Shown here: in pieces, positions 11,805 through 24,452 of the stretch
How positions within the stretch are numbered: the first letter of the stretch is position 1
Layout of the letters: every line of letters begins with the position of its first letter
Assembly: GCA_013265495.1 (NCBI GenBank)
Contig: MU058241.1
Location: 1,303,249-1,367,248 of the forward strand
DNA: 64,000 bases
Direction of reading: 5' to 3'
Source of the DNA: Vicugna vicugna
Lineage: Eukaryota
Notes under the pieces: model-generated
What the model was told of the DNA's origin: nothing
Database searches by the model: none
The model's input: the letters and a program-made list of their open reading frames with translations, nothing else
Translations under genes and position numbers: made by a program

Positions 11805-12590
11805 GGCCCTCATTAAAATGTCCAAAAATGGTAACTGCTGGAGAGGGTGTGGAGAAAAGGGAGCCCTCCTACACTGTTGGTGGGAATGTAGTTTGGTGCA
11901 GCCATTACAGGATATAGTATGGAGATTCCTTAAAAACCTAAAAAATTAAATTACCCTATTATGTATGCACTTCTGGACACACATCTGGAAGGAACTCTAA
12001 TTCAAAAAGATATATGCACCCCAGGGTTCATGGTAGCACTATTTACAATAGCCAAGATATGGAAAAAATCTCAATGTCTAATGACAAGTGACTGGATGAA
12101 GAAAATGTGTATACAATGGAATACTACACAGCCATAAAGAAGAATAAAATAATGCCATTTGTAGCAAAGTGGATGGACCTGGAGATCATCATTCTATGTG
12201 AAGTCAGTCAGAAAGAGAATAAAAAATACCTTATGATTTCACTTATATGTGGAGTCTGAAGAAAAAATGACACAAACGAACTTATTTACAAACCAGAGAC
12301 AGACTCACAGACATAGAAAACAAATTTATGGTTACCAGGTGGTGAGGAGGTGGGGACGGATAAATTGGGAGTTTGAGATTTGCAGATACACACTACGATA
12401 CATAAAACAGATAAACAATAAGGTCCTGCTGGATAGCACAGAGAACTATAGTCAGTATCTGTTAATAATCTATACTGAAAAAGAAATGAACATATACATA
12501 AAACTGAATCATGCTGTACAGCAGAAATGAACACAACACTGTAAACTGAGTATACTTCAATTAAAAAAAAAAAAAAGAAAAAGAAAAAAG
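11805..12590 (+). mobile_element. 5'-truncated L1 (ORF2 C-terminal end, 3'UTR, poly(A))
   Basis: tgctggagagggtgtggagaaaagggagccctcctacactgttggtgggaatgta...tatacttcaattaaaaaaaa. TSD agaactggctttct (11791-11804) and aggactggctttct (12591-12604). Confidence 0.95.
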
Positions 12591-12880
12591 AGGACTGGCT
12601 TTCTCTGGGAGCCTCTCATGTTCCCAGCACAGACCAGACAGATGGCTCCAACATTGCAGGACATTTTCATACCATCTCAATGTTTATGTAGCTCCATTCT
12701 AAAACATTTGGGGTTGGGGAGGGGATGAGGATGCTGGTTTCTGATCACTGTCTCTCCACCTTCCCTGGCTTCCTCACAGCCCACTGGGAAGAGGGGCAGA
12801 CTTCCTATTGCATTTCCTGTCTGCCTGTGACTTCCACTGCATCACAGTCTCCTTCAATATGCCAACCCAGCCTTAGGGAC

Positions 12881-13232
12881 AGCTACAGAATGAATGTGTG
12901 TGACTCCCCAAAATTCATATGTTGAAACACTTTACCCAGTGGGATGGGACTGGGAAGTGGGGGCCGTCAGGAGGTAGTTAGGTCATGAGCCCTCCAAATG
13001 GGAGTAGTGCCCTTGTAAAAGAGGCCCCAGGGAGCTCCCTCACCCCTCCCACCATGTGAGGACAGGGAGACGGCTGTCCAGGAACCAGGAAGCAACCTCC
13101 CACCAAACACCAGATGTGCCATGGTCTTGATGCTGGTCTTCCAGCTTCCAGAACAGTGAGACGTGAGTTTCTGTTGCCAGTAAGCCACCCAGTCTATGGA
13201 ATTTCATTACAGCAGCCTAAAAGGGCCAACAC
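12881..13232 (+). mobile_element. MLT1A-like MaLR solo LTR
   Basis: ccccaaaattcatatgttgaaac...ccaccatgtgaggacag...cttccagcttccagaacagtgagacgtgagtttctgttgccagtaagccacccagtctatgg matches the recalled MLT1A consensus. Confidence 0.9.
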
Positions 13233-14734
13233 AAGGGCAGAAGTCCTCACGATACCACCGAAGACGCGTTATTTGGCCAGTGTGGCTGTAGTCATTTATG
13301 ACTCAAGTACCCTGGGAAACAGAGATTACTGAAAACAAAAATAATGTCCTCGCAACTCAAATTTTGCTTAGAAAGACTGCAAAGCGAGTCACCACACGGA
13401 AAAACACCCCTCAAGTTTCTAACCAATTTCATCTTCATTCCTTCTCCACTCGTACTTATATTTAATAACGGGGCCGTGTCACGGCAATATGTATCAGCTG
13501 GGGCAGTAAATGATATCGCATGCTGTTCCTCACACCTGTAGCGCAAAGACCCCCAGTGGCAACTCTCAAATGGGCTTGGATCAGCTGAGCTGAGGTGAAC
13601 GAGCTTGCTGCAGGACCCGCCTTAGGAAGCGACTATCTGCTCCATTTTCAGGCCCCCAGGGAGTCTCCTATTCTGATCAGCTGCCATAGCTCAATTCAGG
13701 GGTGGCTTGGCATGGATGTTTTGTCTAGGAGCACAAAAGGATCACTAACAGAATGACAGACCACTTTCCAAGTCAGCCCAGTATTAGTCTGATAAAAAGA
13801 AAAATGAAACAGAAAACCGCCGGATAGAAAGTCAGAGATCCTTTCTGAGTCCGTCAAGCAGAGGGTGGTGCAGGGAGGCCTGGGGCTCCCAGCTGGATGA
13901 ACTGTCTACTTAACAACATCTCAACAGTGCAAAGGCTCCAGCCTGCCACAGGCATCACATCTTCCTTCCTATGGTAACTCCTCTGAGTGGCGCCACGTTG
14001 CTGGACAGAAGCGAGGAGGCTGCGTCCAGGCAGCTCACTCTGATCATGACAGAGGCTCTGGGACCGCCAGCCCTTTGGAGAAGAGGGATGAGTGTGGGGT
14101 CCAAAACCAATTGCGTCCTTGCAAAAATCAGTTAGGGTGACTCAAGGGGAAAGGGGAGCAGTAGGTGCCCCTGAGAAACACCTGTCAGAATCCATGTGCA
14201 GACTGAGAGATGGGGATGGAGACCGGGAATGAACTAAGGCAGGGCAAGGCCAGTGGGGGATGGGAACAGGTGCATTCTCTGGAAGGAAGGGTGCAGGGAT
14301 GTCAAACCGCAGAGTGAGGAAGAAGGCAGGGCACACACCCTCTGGGGAGCAGCAGGGGAGGGCGCTTGGCCACATGCTACCTGCACGACCAGGGGCACTG
14401 AAACCTCTCCCGGCCTCAGGTGCCCCCGAGGGGACTGAGAACTGTTGTATCTAACTTTCGGCACTGCCTGCAGGATGAGTGGCAAACTCACATCACACAT
14501 CCAGTTCTGGACAAGAGGCACTTTCTCTGTCAGGAAGCACCGTCATGTGGTGCACGTACGGCCGACTGACACTTTCTTTTTCTTCCTTTTTAAAACCCCA
14601 CTTCCTTTTGTGCATTAACTAAAGGCATGCAATCATACAGTTTAGAACCCATTCTTGTTCTAAGAAAGTAGCGGATATGTATGGGTAAGTTAACTTAATA
14701 TATTTTCTGAAACAATTTTGGGGTTGATTGCCAG

Positions 14735-14870
14735 CTATGTCGCCCACTAGCTGAGTGACAGCTTATAAATTGTTTGAATTCTCAAGAGTCTGTTGCCTCA
14801 GCTCTACAAATGGGGTGTTACACAGGATTTTGTGAAAATTCAGACGTTGCACAAGTAAAAACACCTGGTA
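14735..14870 (+). mobile_element. MIR SINE remnant
   Basis: cccactagctgagtgaca...tgaattctcaagagtctgttgcctcagctctacaaatgggg...acaggattttgtgaaaattcag resembles the MIR core. Confidence 0.6.
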
Positions 14871-17077
14871 TGTGTATGCCTGTAAGTATACAGAAAGAAA
14901 TATGTGTGCATATTCATATGAAGATGTGTATATGCTTATATAGTTCCATGCTTAAATATACATATTCACATACACAAGTATTCGGAATATACTGAAATGT
15001 ATATGTATACACGTATATTAAAACATTAATTCATTTCAAATTCTTTTTTCAATTTTTCAGCAAGTCAGACTCTTAGGCTCTGTGAGTCCCAGAAAGTAGC
15101 CTTCGACTTTTAATGGCTGTGCTTAAGGTCTCTGGTGATCTTGTTCGGAAACGTTTCCTGCACTCCCTCCCACCTCCGTCACACCAAGTCACCCAGCTCT
15201 CCAGCGATCTCAGTCCTAACGGGGCGCACCGTCCTTCAGGTTAACAGGCTTCTGGAACTTTCGCACGCCCAGAATGCACAGTGTGACCCCGTCGGCTTGC
15301 AGCGTGTCCGTCTATCTTCTGAACAGCACGTCCTCTGACACCACTGCATTCCAAGCCCGCCCCCCCCGCCCATGGGGACACAGGCTTGCACGTCTGTGTG
15401 TTAATGTGCTGCCCTGATTACTGATCGCCTCTGCTTTGGCACGCCCCCACCCAAGGCTGCGCCTGGACTTCCATCTCTGCTTCCTGTGGGGTTTTCTCTG
15501 ACAACTACTGCGTATCTCCTCCACTGCCCTCTGTTCCCCGGGACCTTCCTGGCCCATAGGAGACATGCTGTTTCATGGTGCACACACCTGCCAGCTCCTG
15601 AAAAACAACGAAACTGTGCAGGGAGCCCCTGGCCATCAGCCTGGTACCTCAGTTTATTTATCTAACAATAGCGTCTCAATTTTCCCCTCTAGCCAGATGT
15701 GAACTTGAATGTATGCGTGAGTGTGAGTGAGCTTAAGGGCAGGATTGGAGCCACAGCCCATTCTCATTTGTGTGCTCAACTGGTTCTTTGCCTTTTAAAA
15801 CTCATCTCACTCTTTAGGGTAAACTGACCCCCCAGCATCGTCACGAAAGGAAGGCACTTCATGAGCTCATAGTCGTCCCTCTGTTTCCACTGTTCTGTTT
15901 TCAAACCATAATAAGACAACTGGTAACGACCCACGTGGTGCGACTGTCACGGTGCAATTCACCGGAAACATCTGTCTCTGCGGGACGGCATGCTATCGGT
16001 ACAGGAGCGCAGGGACAGCCTGGTGGTGACCAAGAATGTGCTTGAGAAAGAAATCTTTTTCTAGAGGAAGGGTCTCTGTCAGGCACATAAATGCTAAGGC
16101 AAGGCAGAGGCGCTTCAGTTGATTCAAATTTTTGAACTGTGTGAGCTTTATTCTCTTCCAGACACTGACTTAGGTGGTAAAAACCAGTGCATTTAGTAAA
16201 CAAGGAGTTTCCTGCTTCCCTGGCACAGCTATAGTGCTCCTTCTCTTAGACCTCACTCTTTAGCTTACAAATATTACCCAAAAAGGTCACTTGAAGAGAA
16301 AGGTCTACATCTCATTCTTCTCAAAGCTTTCACCTTGGAACAGGAGCAATGGCTTCAACCGTGAGCCTGCTGTAAGTGCAGACCATCAGCCCCTACTCCC
16401 AACCTGCCAAAGGAAGAGTCTGAATGCTCACAGGCTCCTGAGCTGATCTGTTTGCACCTTAAAGTTTAAGAAACAATGAACAGACACATGGCAAGGACAT
16501 CCCATTTTGCAACTTTAGTCCAGTGAATCTCAGATTGTGACACATTTTAGAATTGCATTAGGAAATTTAATAAGAGATCTTGACCTAGCTGCTGTAGGGA
16601 GGCATTGGGATTTTTTTTTAAAGTCCCCCTCTTTCAGGATAGTGTAAGGCTAAGATTAAGAACTGCAGTTTTAATTAGCATTCAGAAGAAAAGAAATCTC
16701 TAGCCTTTGCAAATTACCATGTATGTAAAAGTGTATATATACATACATATTTCTATGTTTGTATTTCTGTGTATGAATATATAGAAACATACAATTTTGT
16801 GCAAGAAACCCAAAAACTGATCAGGGATGGTTGGAACTAAAAATACAAGTATGAACCTACATGGGTTGAGAGGACTTGAAAATCTTTTCATAGGAACAAA
16901 GACACTTTGTGACAAGGTAGAGCTTTTAAATTCTAAGACTGTTTACCCACAAGTGCCACAGAAGCATTTATACCTCAGGACCTAAGGATGCTGACACCAG
17001 CACACATCAAGAACTGTGAAGGAGGTTTTGCCTACTTGCAAGTCATCAAGGTAGCAGGCTACAGCTTCATGGACGTT

Positions 17078-17461
17078 TGTAGGAGAAAAAAGACTCCAAG
17101 GTGAGAAACAAAAGATGGATCAGTGTTCATAACACAGCCAGGAGCAGGAACACCACCATGGTTTTATCACTTGCACTTGCCCCCACAGCCCATGGGTGAA
17201 GCACATGGGCCAGGACGGGTGCCCAATCAGCTGTGGGTTGCATTACAGGAGAGGAATCCTAAGCTAAAGGAACCTGAATCTTTCATAACAGGCAGCAGAC
17301 ATTCTCGCCCTGTGCTTTGAAGAAAGACACAATTCTCTGTCTTTCCAGTGCTGTTCACTATTCCAACATCCTGAAAAGATGGTCTGGAACAAAAGGTAGA
17401 CAGCACCTAACTCTCAAGGCACATTCAAATAAGACAGGCTCCGTGGGACCTGTTGCCCACA
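17078..17461 (-). mobile_element. ERVL-class solo LTR (MER74-like)
   Basis: TG...CA ends and 'caggagaggaatcctaagctaaaggaacctgaatctttcataac...catcctgaaaagatggtctggaacaaaagg', similar to recalled MER74. Confidence 0.65.
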
Positions 17462-18526
17462 AAGTGCCCATTGATGAATGTGATGGTGTTTTCACCAAGA
17501 GCTGCTCCATCAGATTTTAGTTTGATGAACATTGTTTCCCGATGACTCAACTGATTCACTCAGGGGTGCTTACAAACAGCAAGGAGAGTTCATACCTTTA
17601 TATCTAATTGAATCACTTTCTACAGTAGCTTTGTTTAAAACCAAATCTTTAGAGAAAGAAGTACAACTTTCTCACTGACCATATCAAGAATATATTAAGA
17701 ATATTCAAAAATAGATTTGAACTGAGATGGTGCAGTTATTGCTAAAACGCTGACTGCAAAAGTCTAGTTGACCAGAAACCAAAAAAATGCCCTGATACTG
17801 AACAACAGTGTAATGACCTTATCCTTCCAATACCAGATTTCCAGGGGGCAAGCTAGCATGTAGCAGTTATGAAGGATTCAGATTGACGGAGTTAATAACT
17901 TCAATATGTGAGGTGATATAAATAACAGTTAAAAATACAGAAAAATTCTCAGTCTAATAAAAAGTGAATTGTACAGATGTACTTTTGAAGTAGGCCTTCT
18001 TAATGAAGAGTTCTGGCTCCATGTGTCCATTCAAGCCAGAACCTTAGACACAGTCATGGATCAATGGATCTGCTTTCATTATTTCCATTAAATCATCTTT
18101 ATAAAGTTTATGAGGTTTGCAGACACAGTAATACATAATAGTTAAATATTACTGATTACATATCATAATAATGAGATTGAAAATATAGTAAAATATAAAG
18201 CAAGGACACAAAATTACCTTCTCTCACATGGACTTGATGTTGACATAAAATGGAAACAAAAGAAACAATCACAATTGCTATATGTTAATGGGAATAATTC
18301 GCCAGGCAATGCACTGAGCTTTGTATATAAAGGGTCCTGTTAATTAAAAAAAAAAAACCCACGGTGCCCACACTGTAATAGTCATCTTCATTTTATGGAT
18401 AAAAAAATAAAGATACAGACTTTATGTAGTTCACAAAAGTCACACCAACTGCGGCAAGGTTCTGAGGGCAGCCACAAACAAGTTATTCAAATCTGTAACT
18501 CTGCTAATTAAAAAAGCCTAAAATAT

Positions 18527-18704
18527 GATTACACTGTATAGCACAGGGAAATATACACAAAATGTTATGATAAATCACAGAGAAAAAAATGTGACAATGA
18601 GTGTGTATATGTCCATGAATGACTGAAAAATTGTGCTGAACACTGGAATTTGACACAACACTGTAAAATGATTATGAATCAATAAAAAATGTTAAAAAAA
18701 AAAA
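18527..18704 (+). mobile_element. Short young-looking L1 3' terminus with AATAAA and poly(A)
   Basis: ctgtatagcacagggaaatatacacaaaatgttatg...gacacaacactgtaaaatgattatgaatcaataaaaaatgttaaaaaaaaaaa. Confidence 0.9.
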
Positions 18705-18726
18705 CAACATCTGTGGCCACAGAACA

Positions 18727-18977
18727 GGTGGGTACAGCTCAGTGGTAGAGTGCATTCTTAGCATGCACTAGGCCCTGGGTTTAATCCCCAGTACCTCCAT
18801 TAAAAATAAATAAATAATTATAATTAAAAATAATTAAATTTAAATAATAATTAAAATAAATGATAAAATAAAAATAATTAACAAAATATATATAATATTA
18901 AACATATTATATATAATAAAATTATATGTGAAACTAAAAGTAATAAAAATAATAAAATTATTATAAAAATATGAAAA
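18727..18977 (+). mobile_element. tRNA-Ala-derived SINE (Vic-1-like) with ~170-bp AT-rich tail
   Basis: ggtgggtacagctcagtggtagagtgcattcttagcatgcactaggccctgggtttaatccccagtacctcca followed by an almost pure A/T tract. Confidence 0.9.
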
Positions 18978-18995
18978 AAAAAAGCCTAAAATATA

Positions 18996-19591
18996 CCTCA
19001 TCAATGAATTCGGTAAAATTCCTGGATACTAAGTTAATGTACAGAAATGTGTTGCATTTCTGTACACAACAACAAACTATCAGAAAGAGAAATTAAGGGG
19101 AAAACCCCATTTGTCACTGTATCAAAAAGAATAAAATACCTAGGAATAAACTTAAGGAGGTAAAAGAACTGTATTTAGAAAACTGTAAGACAGACACTGA
19201 TGAAAGAAACAAAGATGACACAAATAGGTGGAAAGATATACCACGTTCATGGACTGGAGGAATTAATATTGTTAAAATGACCATACTACCCAAGGCAATC
19301 CACAGATTCAATGCAATCTCTATCAAAATATCAATGGCATTTTTTACAGAACTAGAACAAATAATTTTAAAATCTGTATGGAAACAGAAAAGACCTTACA
19401 AAGCCAAAACAATCTGGAGAAAGAACAGAAATGGAGGAATCATGCTTCTTGGCTTCAGACTATACTACAAGGCTACAGTAATCAAAACAGTATGGTACTG
19501 GCACAAAAACACACACAGATCAATGCAATAGAAATAAACCAACGTTCTTATAGTCAATCTATGACAAAAGAGGCAAAAACACACAGTGGGG
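18996..19591 (+). mobile_element. Internal L1 ORF2 fragment (no 3' UTR)
   Basis: ORF 19277-19531 [40 protein letters not shown]...[16 protein letters not shown] is classic L1 ORF2p sequence, and is frameshifted. Confidence 0.95.
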
Positions 19592-20198
19592 AAAATATAT
19601 TCAGTTTATCAAACTCTCTCTCAGAAGAGTTCATCCAACAAACAATGTGTGGTTACAGAATGTTCATTATGAATGTACTGGCATGGTGCACTACCATTAT
19701 TTTACAAGAACTTCCCACTGAACTTTATTAAAATAAAACAGATTCTCATGTTTGCTGCATATCACAGGTTGCCAGGAGAGAAACGCTCTCGGGCTAAGTC
19801 AAGAATTGCTGACTCACTGTATGACCAGGGCTGGAGGCGAAGAAATATTTGTAAACCAGGGCTAGGAAGAACAGAAAAGAAGAAAGAGCACTGAGATTTC
19901 CAGGTGGAGTTTCTCCATCACCACTGGCCATGTCACTCACTCAGCTTTACCCAGGTGTCCTCTCCTTGTTGACTTCCAACAAGAACCAACACAATCTCTT
20001 GACCCCTTTATGGTAACAGAAAATCTGATTTGCCCTTGACCTTGCAATGGATTCTGCCCCACCCTCACCCCCAGGCCATGTATGTTGTCCAATTGAACCT
20101 ACTGTGAGGGCAGCAGGGCACAATCCTTGCCCCTGTTTGCTTGGACTGCCCCGTGAGTAGGACTTGAGAGTTATGGAGATTTCTCAGAAAAGAGAGGG

Positions 20199-20380
20199 CA
20201 GCACTTCTCAAACATGATCTGCATAGGAATCCCCTGGGGTCTTGGTAGAATGCAGATTCTGATTCTGTACGCAGGTCTGAGTTTGCATTTCCAACAAGCT
20301 CCCAAGTGATGTCAATGCTGGGTTGTGGACCACTGATTTGAAACTTCGGTGCAGTTAGAATCTCCTGGAAAGCTTTAACA
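20199..20380. mobile_element. MER5-like hAT-Charlie MITE(s)
   Basis: cagcacttctcaaac...gaatcccctgggg...aatgcagattctgattctg...ttgcatttccaacaagctcccaagtgatgtcaatgctg. Confidence 0.8.
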
Positions 20381-20412
20381 TACTAGTTTAATAATCAGCA
20401 AATTGAAAATTA

Positions 20413-20637
20413 CAGTGAATCCCCCAACAAGGGCAATTCTGTCACCCGGTAGCCAGCTGGCAATGTCTGGAGACATTCTGAATTATCACAACGTAGGCGG
20501 GGATGGTAGGTTACTGACATGGAAAAGGTAGAGGCCAGGGATGCTGTTCAACATCTCGCAATGCACAACAGCACAGCCCCTCAGGAAAGTGTTATCTAGC
20601 CCCAAATGTAGATAGTGCCCATACTGAGAAACCCTTG
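20413..20637 (+). mobile_element. MER20 hAT-Charlie DNA transposon
   Basis: ggcaatgtctggagacatt...gtagaggccagggatgctgttcaacatctcgcaatgcaca...ttatctagccccaaatgtagatagtgcccatactgagaaaccct matches recalled MER20. Confidence 0.9.
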
Positions 20638-21557
20638 CGGAGGCTCTTACTCAAAATCATGCCTGAGAAATCTGCTATTTACTAGTACAGTATAAAATTC
20701 ACGGTGCAATACACTTCATGGATGAATCATGGCGAATATATGTTGAAACCTCTTCACTGCTCACCTAGTGTTGATAATTGACACTGAGACACAGCATAGA
20801 AACTAGCCAGCTCTGTATTTAGTTCTATTATCAGAAACATTGTGACAGGACAGCAGGAGTCCCCCAGATCTGGCAATTTCTGTAGTGCTGATGCTTGCAA
20901 TTGTTCTTTAATGTAAACCATGAATTCTGCAAGGCAGATCTGTGCACAGGAATCTGTGCACTGTGATGCTTTAAATATCAAACTCCTTAAGAAAGGCTTC
21001 TCTGTGTTGCAACATGTTATTCTTTGCATAGGCAGCGGAGCTAAGTGCTTTATAAATGGTGTGTTTCATGACCTACTTGAAAAGTAAGCCATCCTACATC
21101 TGCAGAACTAGACTGGAGGGTGGTTAGCACCACTGAATCATCAGAGAAACTCAGCCCTCTGCAGAAAGTTGCAGCTGATGCTACCTGGAGAAATACTAGC
21201 GAAGAGCTTTTTATGAATTTTATTCTGTGCAATACCTTAGCCTTTATTTTCTATGTTTCCTTAGTAGCTCTGCAAAAATTCTTCACAGAAGGGGAAAAAA
21301 GAAAAACTCTGCTGGTGTTTTTACTGAGCCACAGAAATCAGATACATGTATAAAACAATTGAAGGGAAAAGCATATTTGTCCCCCAGAACTACAGAAGCT
21401 AAAATCGAAAGAATGGAAAATGGTAATTATTAGGGAGCTTCATTAATGTCATTTTAAAGAATTTTGTAAGTGCCTTTGATGCTGATTCGAACTGTTTAGT
21501 CATAGCTCTCCATGAGTAAAAACCTGTGAATAAATCAATGACCATCTACTTTGGATA

Positions 21558-21558
21558 T

Positions 21559-21593
<35 letters not shown>
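21558..21593. repeat. (TG)n microsatellite
   Basis: A run of about 15 or more TG units is seen directly. Confidence 0.95.
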
Positions 21594-21594
<1 letters not shown>

Positions 21595-22919
21595 CTGCTT
21601 CAGACATGTACACACACACATACCTTGCAGGATGGTCTTATGAATGCAGAGTCAGGGGTCAGATTTCTGACACAAACATATTTTAACAAGTAGGTCAAGA
21701 GCAGAGGGGACCATGAACAGTGTGTCAGCTTTCTGACTATCATTCCAAATCATTTAATTGATTAACTAATGATCGGCACTGATTATGAAATATTCAAAAG
21801 CATTAGGACATTACGGAGACTGAGACTCGACCTGTGCATAGTTAAATACTTTTAGAAACAGTCTGTATAAAACAGATCCAACCTTTGAAGTCTCTTCCTT
21901 TTTTTTTTCTGCTTCAGAAATTAATCATGTGCCATATTTCACGTTTTCTTGTAAAAAAAAAAATGAGCAGAGGCAGAGGGTATTAGCTAACTGGGGATGC
22001 TCCTCAATCTTTCCCAGGGGAGGGCTGCCCAGCTGCATTCTCCTGCACAAAATAACTGGAAGTCTGGAATAGCCTTCCCATCATTTCAGCCAAGGTTCTT
22101 ATCACAGAGATTGGATCAGCAAAGAGGTAAGAGGCAATATGGATGGAGACGGTGGTTGCGACAACAGGTTGAGTGAAGCCACAGTCACCTCCTGAATATG
22201 ACCCTGGTCCTGTTCCCCAGTGGGGATTTCTGATACTGCTCGAGTATCTGACTGCATGACCCACAGGGTGGAGCTTTGGAATCAGAATTTTTCTTCAAGG
22301 CCTCAGCTAAATGGACGTCCTGACAGGTGTGGAAATGATTCAGTGCTTTGACAACGTTTTCATAATGTGTCCATCTGAGGTGTGTCACCAGCACTGAACA
22401 GGTGTGTAAAGATGTGTTCAGAGCTCGAGTGACTCACACGCAGGTCCAAACACGGGATTACAGCCTTGTGAGGCTTGATGAGTGGGGCAAACGTTCTGGA
22501 GGAAACCAGGGTGCTCTGCCCAGGTCCTGGCCCTCACAGGGACCATTCTCCGGGGTCTTGGCCAAGCCCCAAAAATGCTGAGCAGAAAGCCTGCCCTCCT
22601 TGCCCCGCTATCACATGAATTCTCAGCAGAATCACGTGTGAGAAGCATCTGGAAATGACCTGCAGAATGTCTATCAATCCAATCACTGTAAGCCATGCCA
22701 ATACCTCAGCATGTGCTTTTCTGATGTCGGCTGGGCAAAAGCTACTCCTTGGCACACGTTCTGGACCCCTGTGACTTTAGAGGTTATTTTCTGTTCACAA
22801 TGACTAAATAATAATTCTTTAATTTAATAATACACGTTGATGTCACATTAATAAGGTATGTGTGTGTGTTTACTTGGGGCACTCTGTATCTGGGTGATTT
22901 ATTAGCTTAAAATGATTCT

Positions 22920-23140
22920 TTTAAATGATTTAGTTTTAGTTCAAGTGTAGTCAGTTCACAATGTTGTGTCAATTTCCAGGGTACAACATCGTGTTTCAGT
23001 CGTACATATGCATACATACATTCCTTTTCATATTATTTCATACATATAGATTACTGTTAGACACTGAATTTAGTTCCTGTGGTATACAGAAGAAACCTGT
23101 TGTTTATCTATCTTACATATAGTGGTGTGTATCGGGAAAT
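22920..23140 (-). mobile_element. Short L1 3' end, antisense
   Basis: aagtgtagtcagttcacaatgttgtgtcaatttccagggtacaac...agttcctgtggtatacagaagaaacctgttgtttatctat is the reverse complement of an L1 3' end. Confidence 0.85.
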
Positions 23141-23905
23141 AAATCAAATAAATCCTGTATGTTTCAAAGGCTATAACGGCCTTTATTTATTGACAGTTAT
23201 CTGTGCTGGACTACACAGCTGTCCTTTATGGAAACAGCAGACATCAGCCCTTTAAACTGTGAATTCTCACACCGGGCATCGCAATGAGGATGTGCTCTTT
23301 CCCCAGGATGATCAGCGTGAAGAAAAGCACAGGGAATTAGGGTAACTTTGGTTCACAAGCAGTTATCAGCATGTGGACTCGGTTCCAGGCAGACAGCCAG
23401 GGGACTCTCGTGAATGCATGGCTGCAAATACTGGTTTTCACGTGAAGCAGATTTCAAGAGGCAGTGCTGCAAGACTGGCAATTGTGAGAGTGTGGAGATG
23501 GAGCTGCGTGTGCCAGGGAAGGTCTCAGACAGAGCGGAGGCAGAACTGGAGGATGCTCAGCTTCCTGATGGAGAGGGGGAATGACAGGCACCGAGGAGGA
23601 AAGGGAATAGTTAGATCAAGAGGTAAGGACCCAAAAGCCCAAGTTTTCTCACTCTTCTGTGTAAGTGATGGCTGGTCTTAGCTCACCAGCCCCATGCAAG
23701 CCCCTGGAGGAGGAAGGAGGGCTCAGAAAGGGAAGCTTACGGGCAAGATCCCAGCCAGGATGCCATCCATGCCATGAGGGTAGACACAAGCTCTGTAGGT
23801 GCACAAAACATTTTTCAAGTGTTATTTCACATGAAGCTGCAAAGCTCAACCCTACATACAGCAGATGCCAAATGCGGCAGTGAATATACACAAGTGAAGG
23901 CATCA

Positions 23906-24452
23906 TGTAATAGAAAAGAACAAACCTGACTCCGTATTAGATCTGTTCCCTTGGCTTTAGCCCTGTGCCGTTTTCTACGCTTAGCTTTGCTGGTCCGGCA
24001 CCTTTTGCAAAAGAATGTTGCTTTTAGCCTAAAATGTTTCCATCAAGGACAGGAGAGCCCATTCTCAAGGCTCTGACCTTTAAGGGTATTAACACTTTTC
24101 CATTCGTATAAAGGTAACAATTTGCAGAACAGAAAATAAAATTTGTTTTGTTAGAGATTTTATAGAGGCACCATGACCTGACCCATGCAGACAGCTACAA
24201 GAACAAAGGATTCCAAGAAGGAAGAATTCCTACACCAAGAAGTTTGCAACAACCAACCACACCCCCTCCCCTTTATCGCATAAAAGGAGCCTGAATTCTG
24301 ACTTGGGGAAGATGGTTCTCCAGGATGTTCATCTGCCATCTTCTGGGTCTGCTGGCTTTCCGAATAAAGCCATTATTCCTTGTCTCAGCGCCCTGTCTCC
24401 CAATTTACTGGCTTGTCGTGTGGCGAGCAGAAAAAGTTTGCACCTGGTAACA
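23906..24452 (+). mobile_element. ERV1-class solo LTR, complete, with 4-bp TSD
   Basis: tgtaatagaaaagaac...cacctggtaaca with TSD atca (23902-23905 and 24453-24456). It carries a TATA-like cataaaa and AATAAA near 24363, and belongs to the same family as 39351-39850. Confidence 0.9.

Noticed and set aside
13988..14006. CTCF-like motif (also ~2051 and ~38026)
   Set aside because: Each needs an indel or two core mismatches relative to the CTCF consensus.
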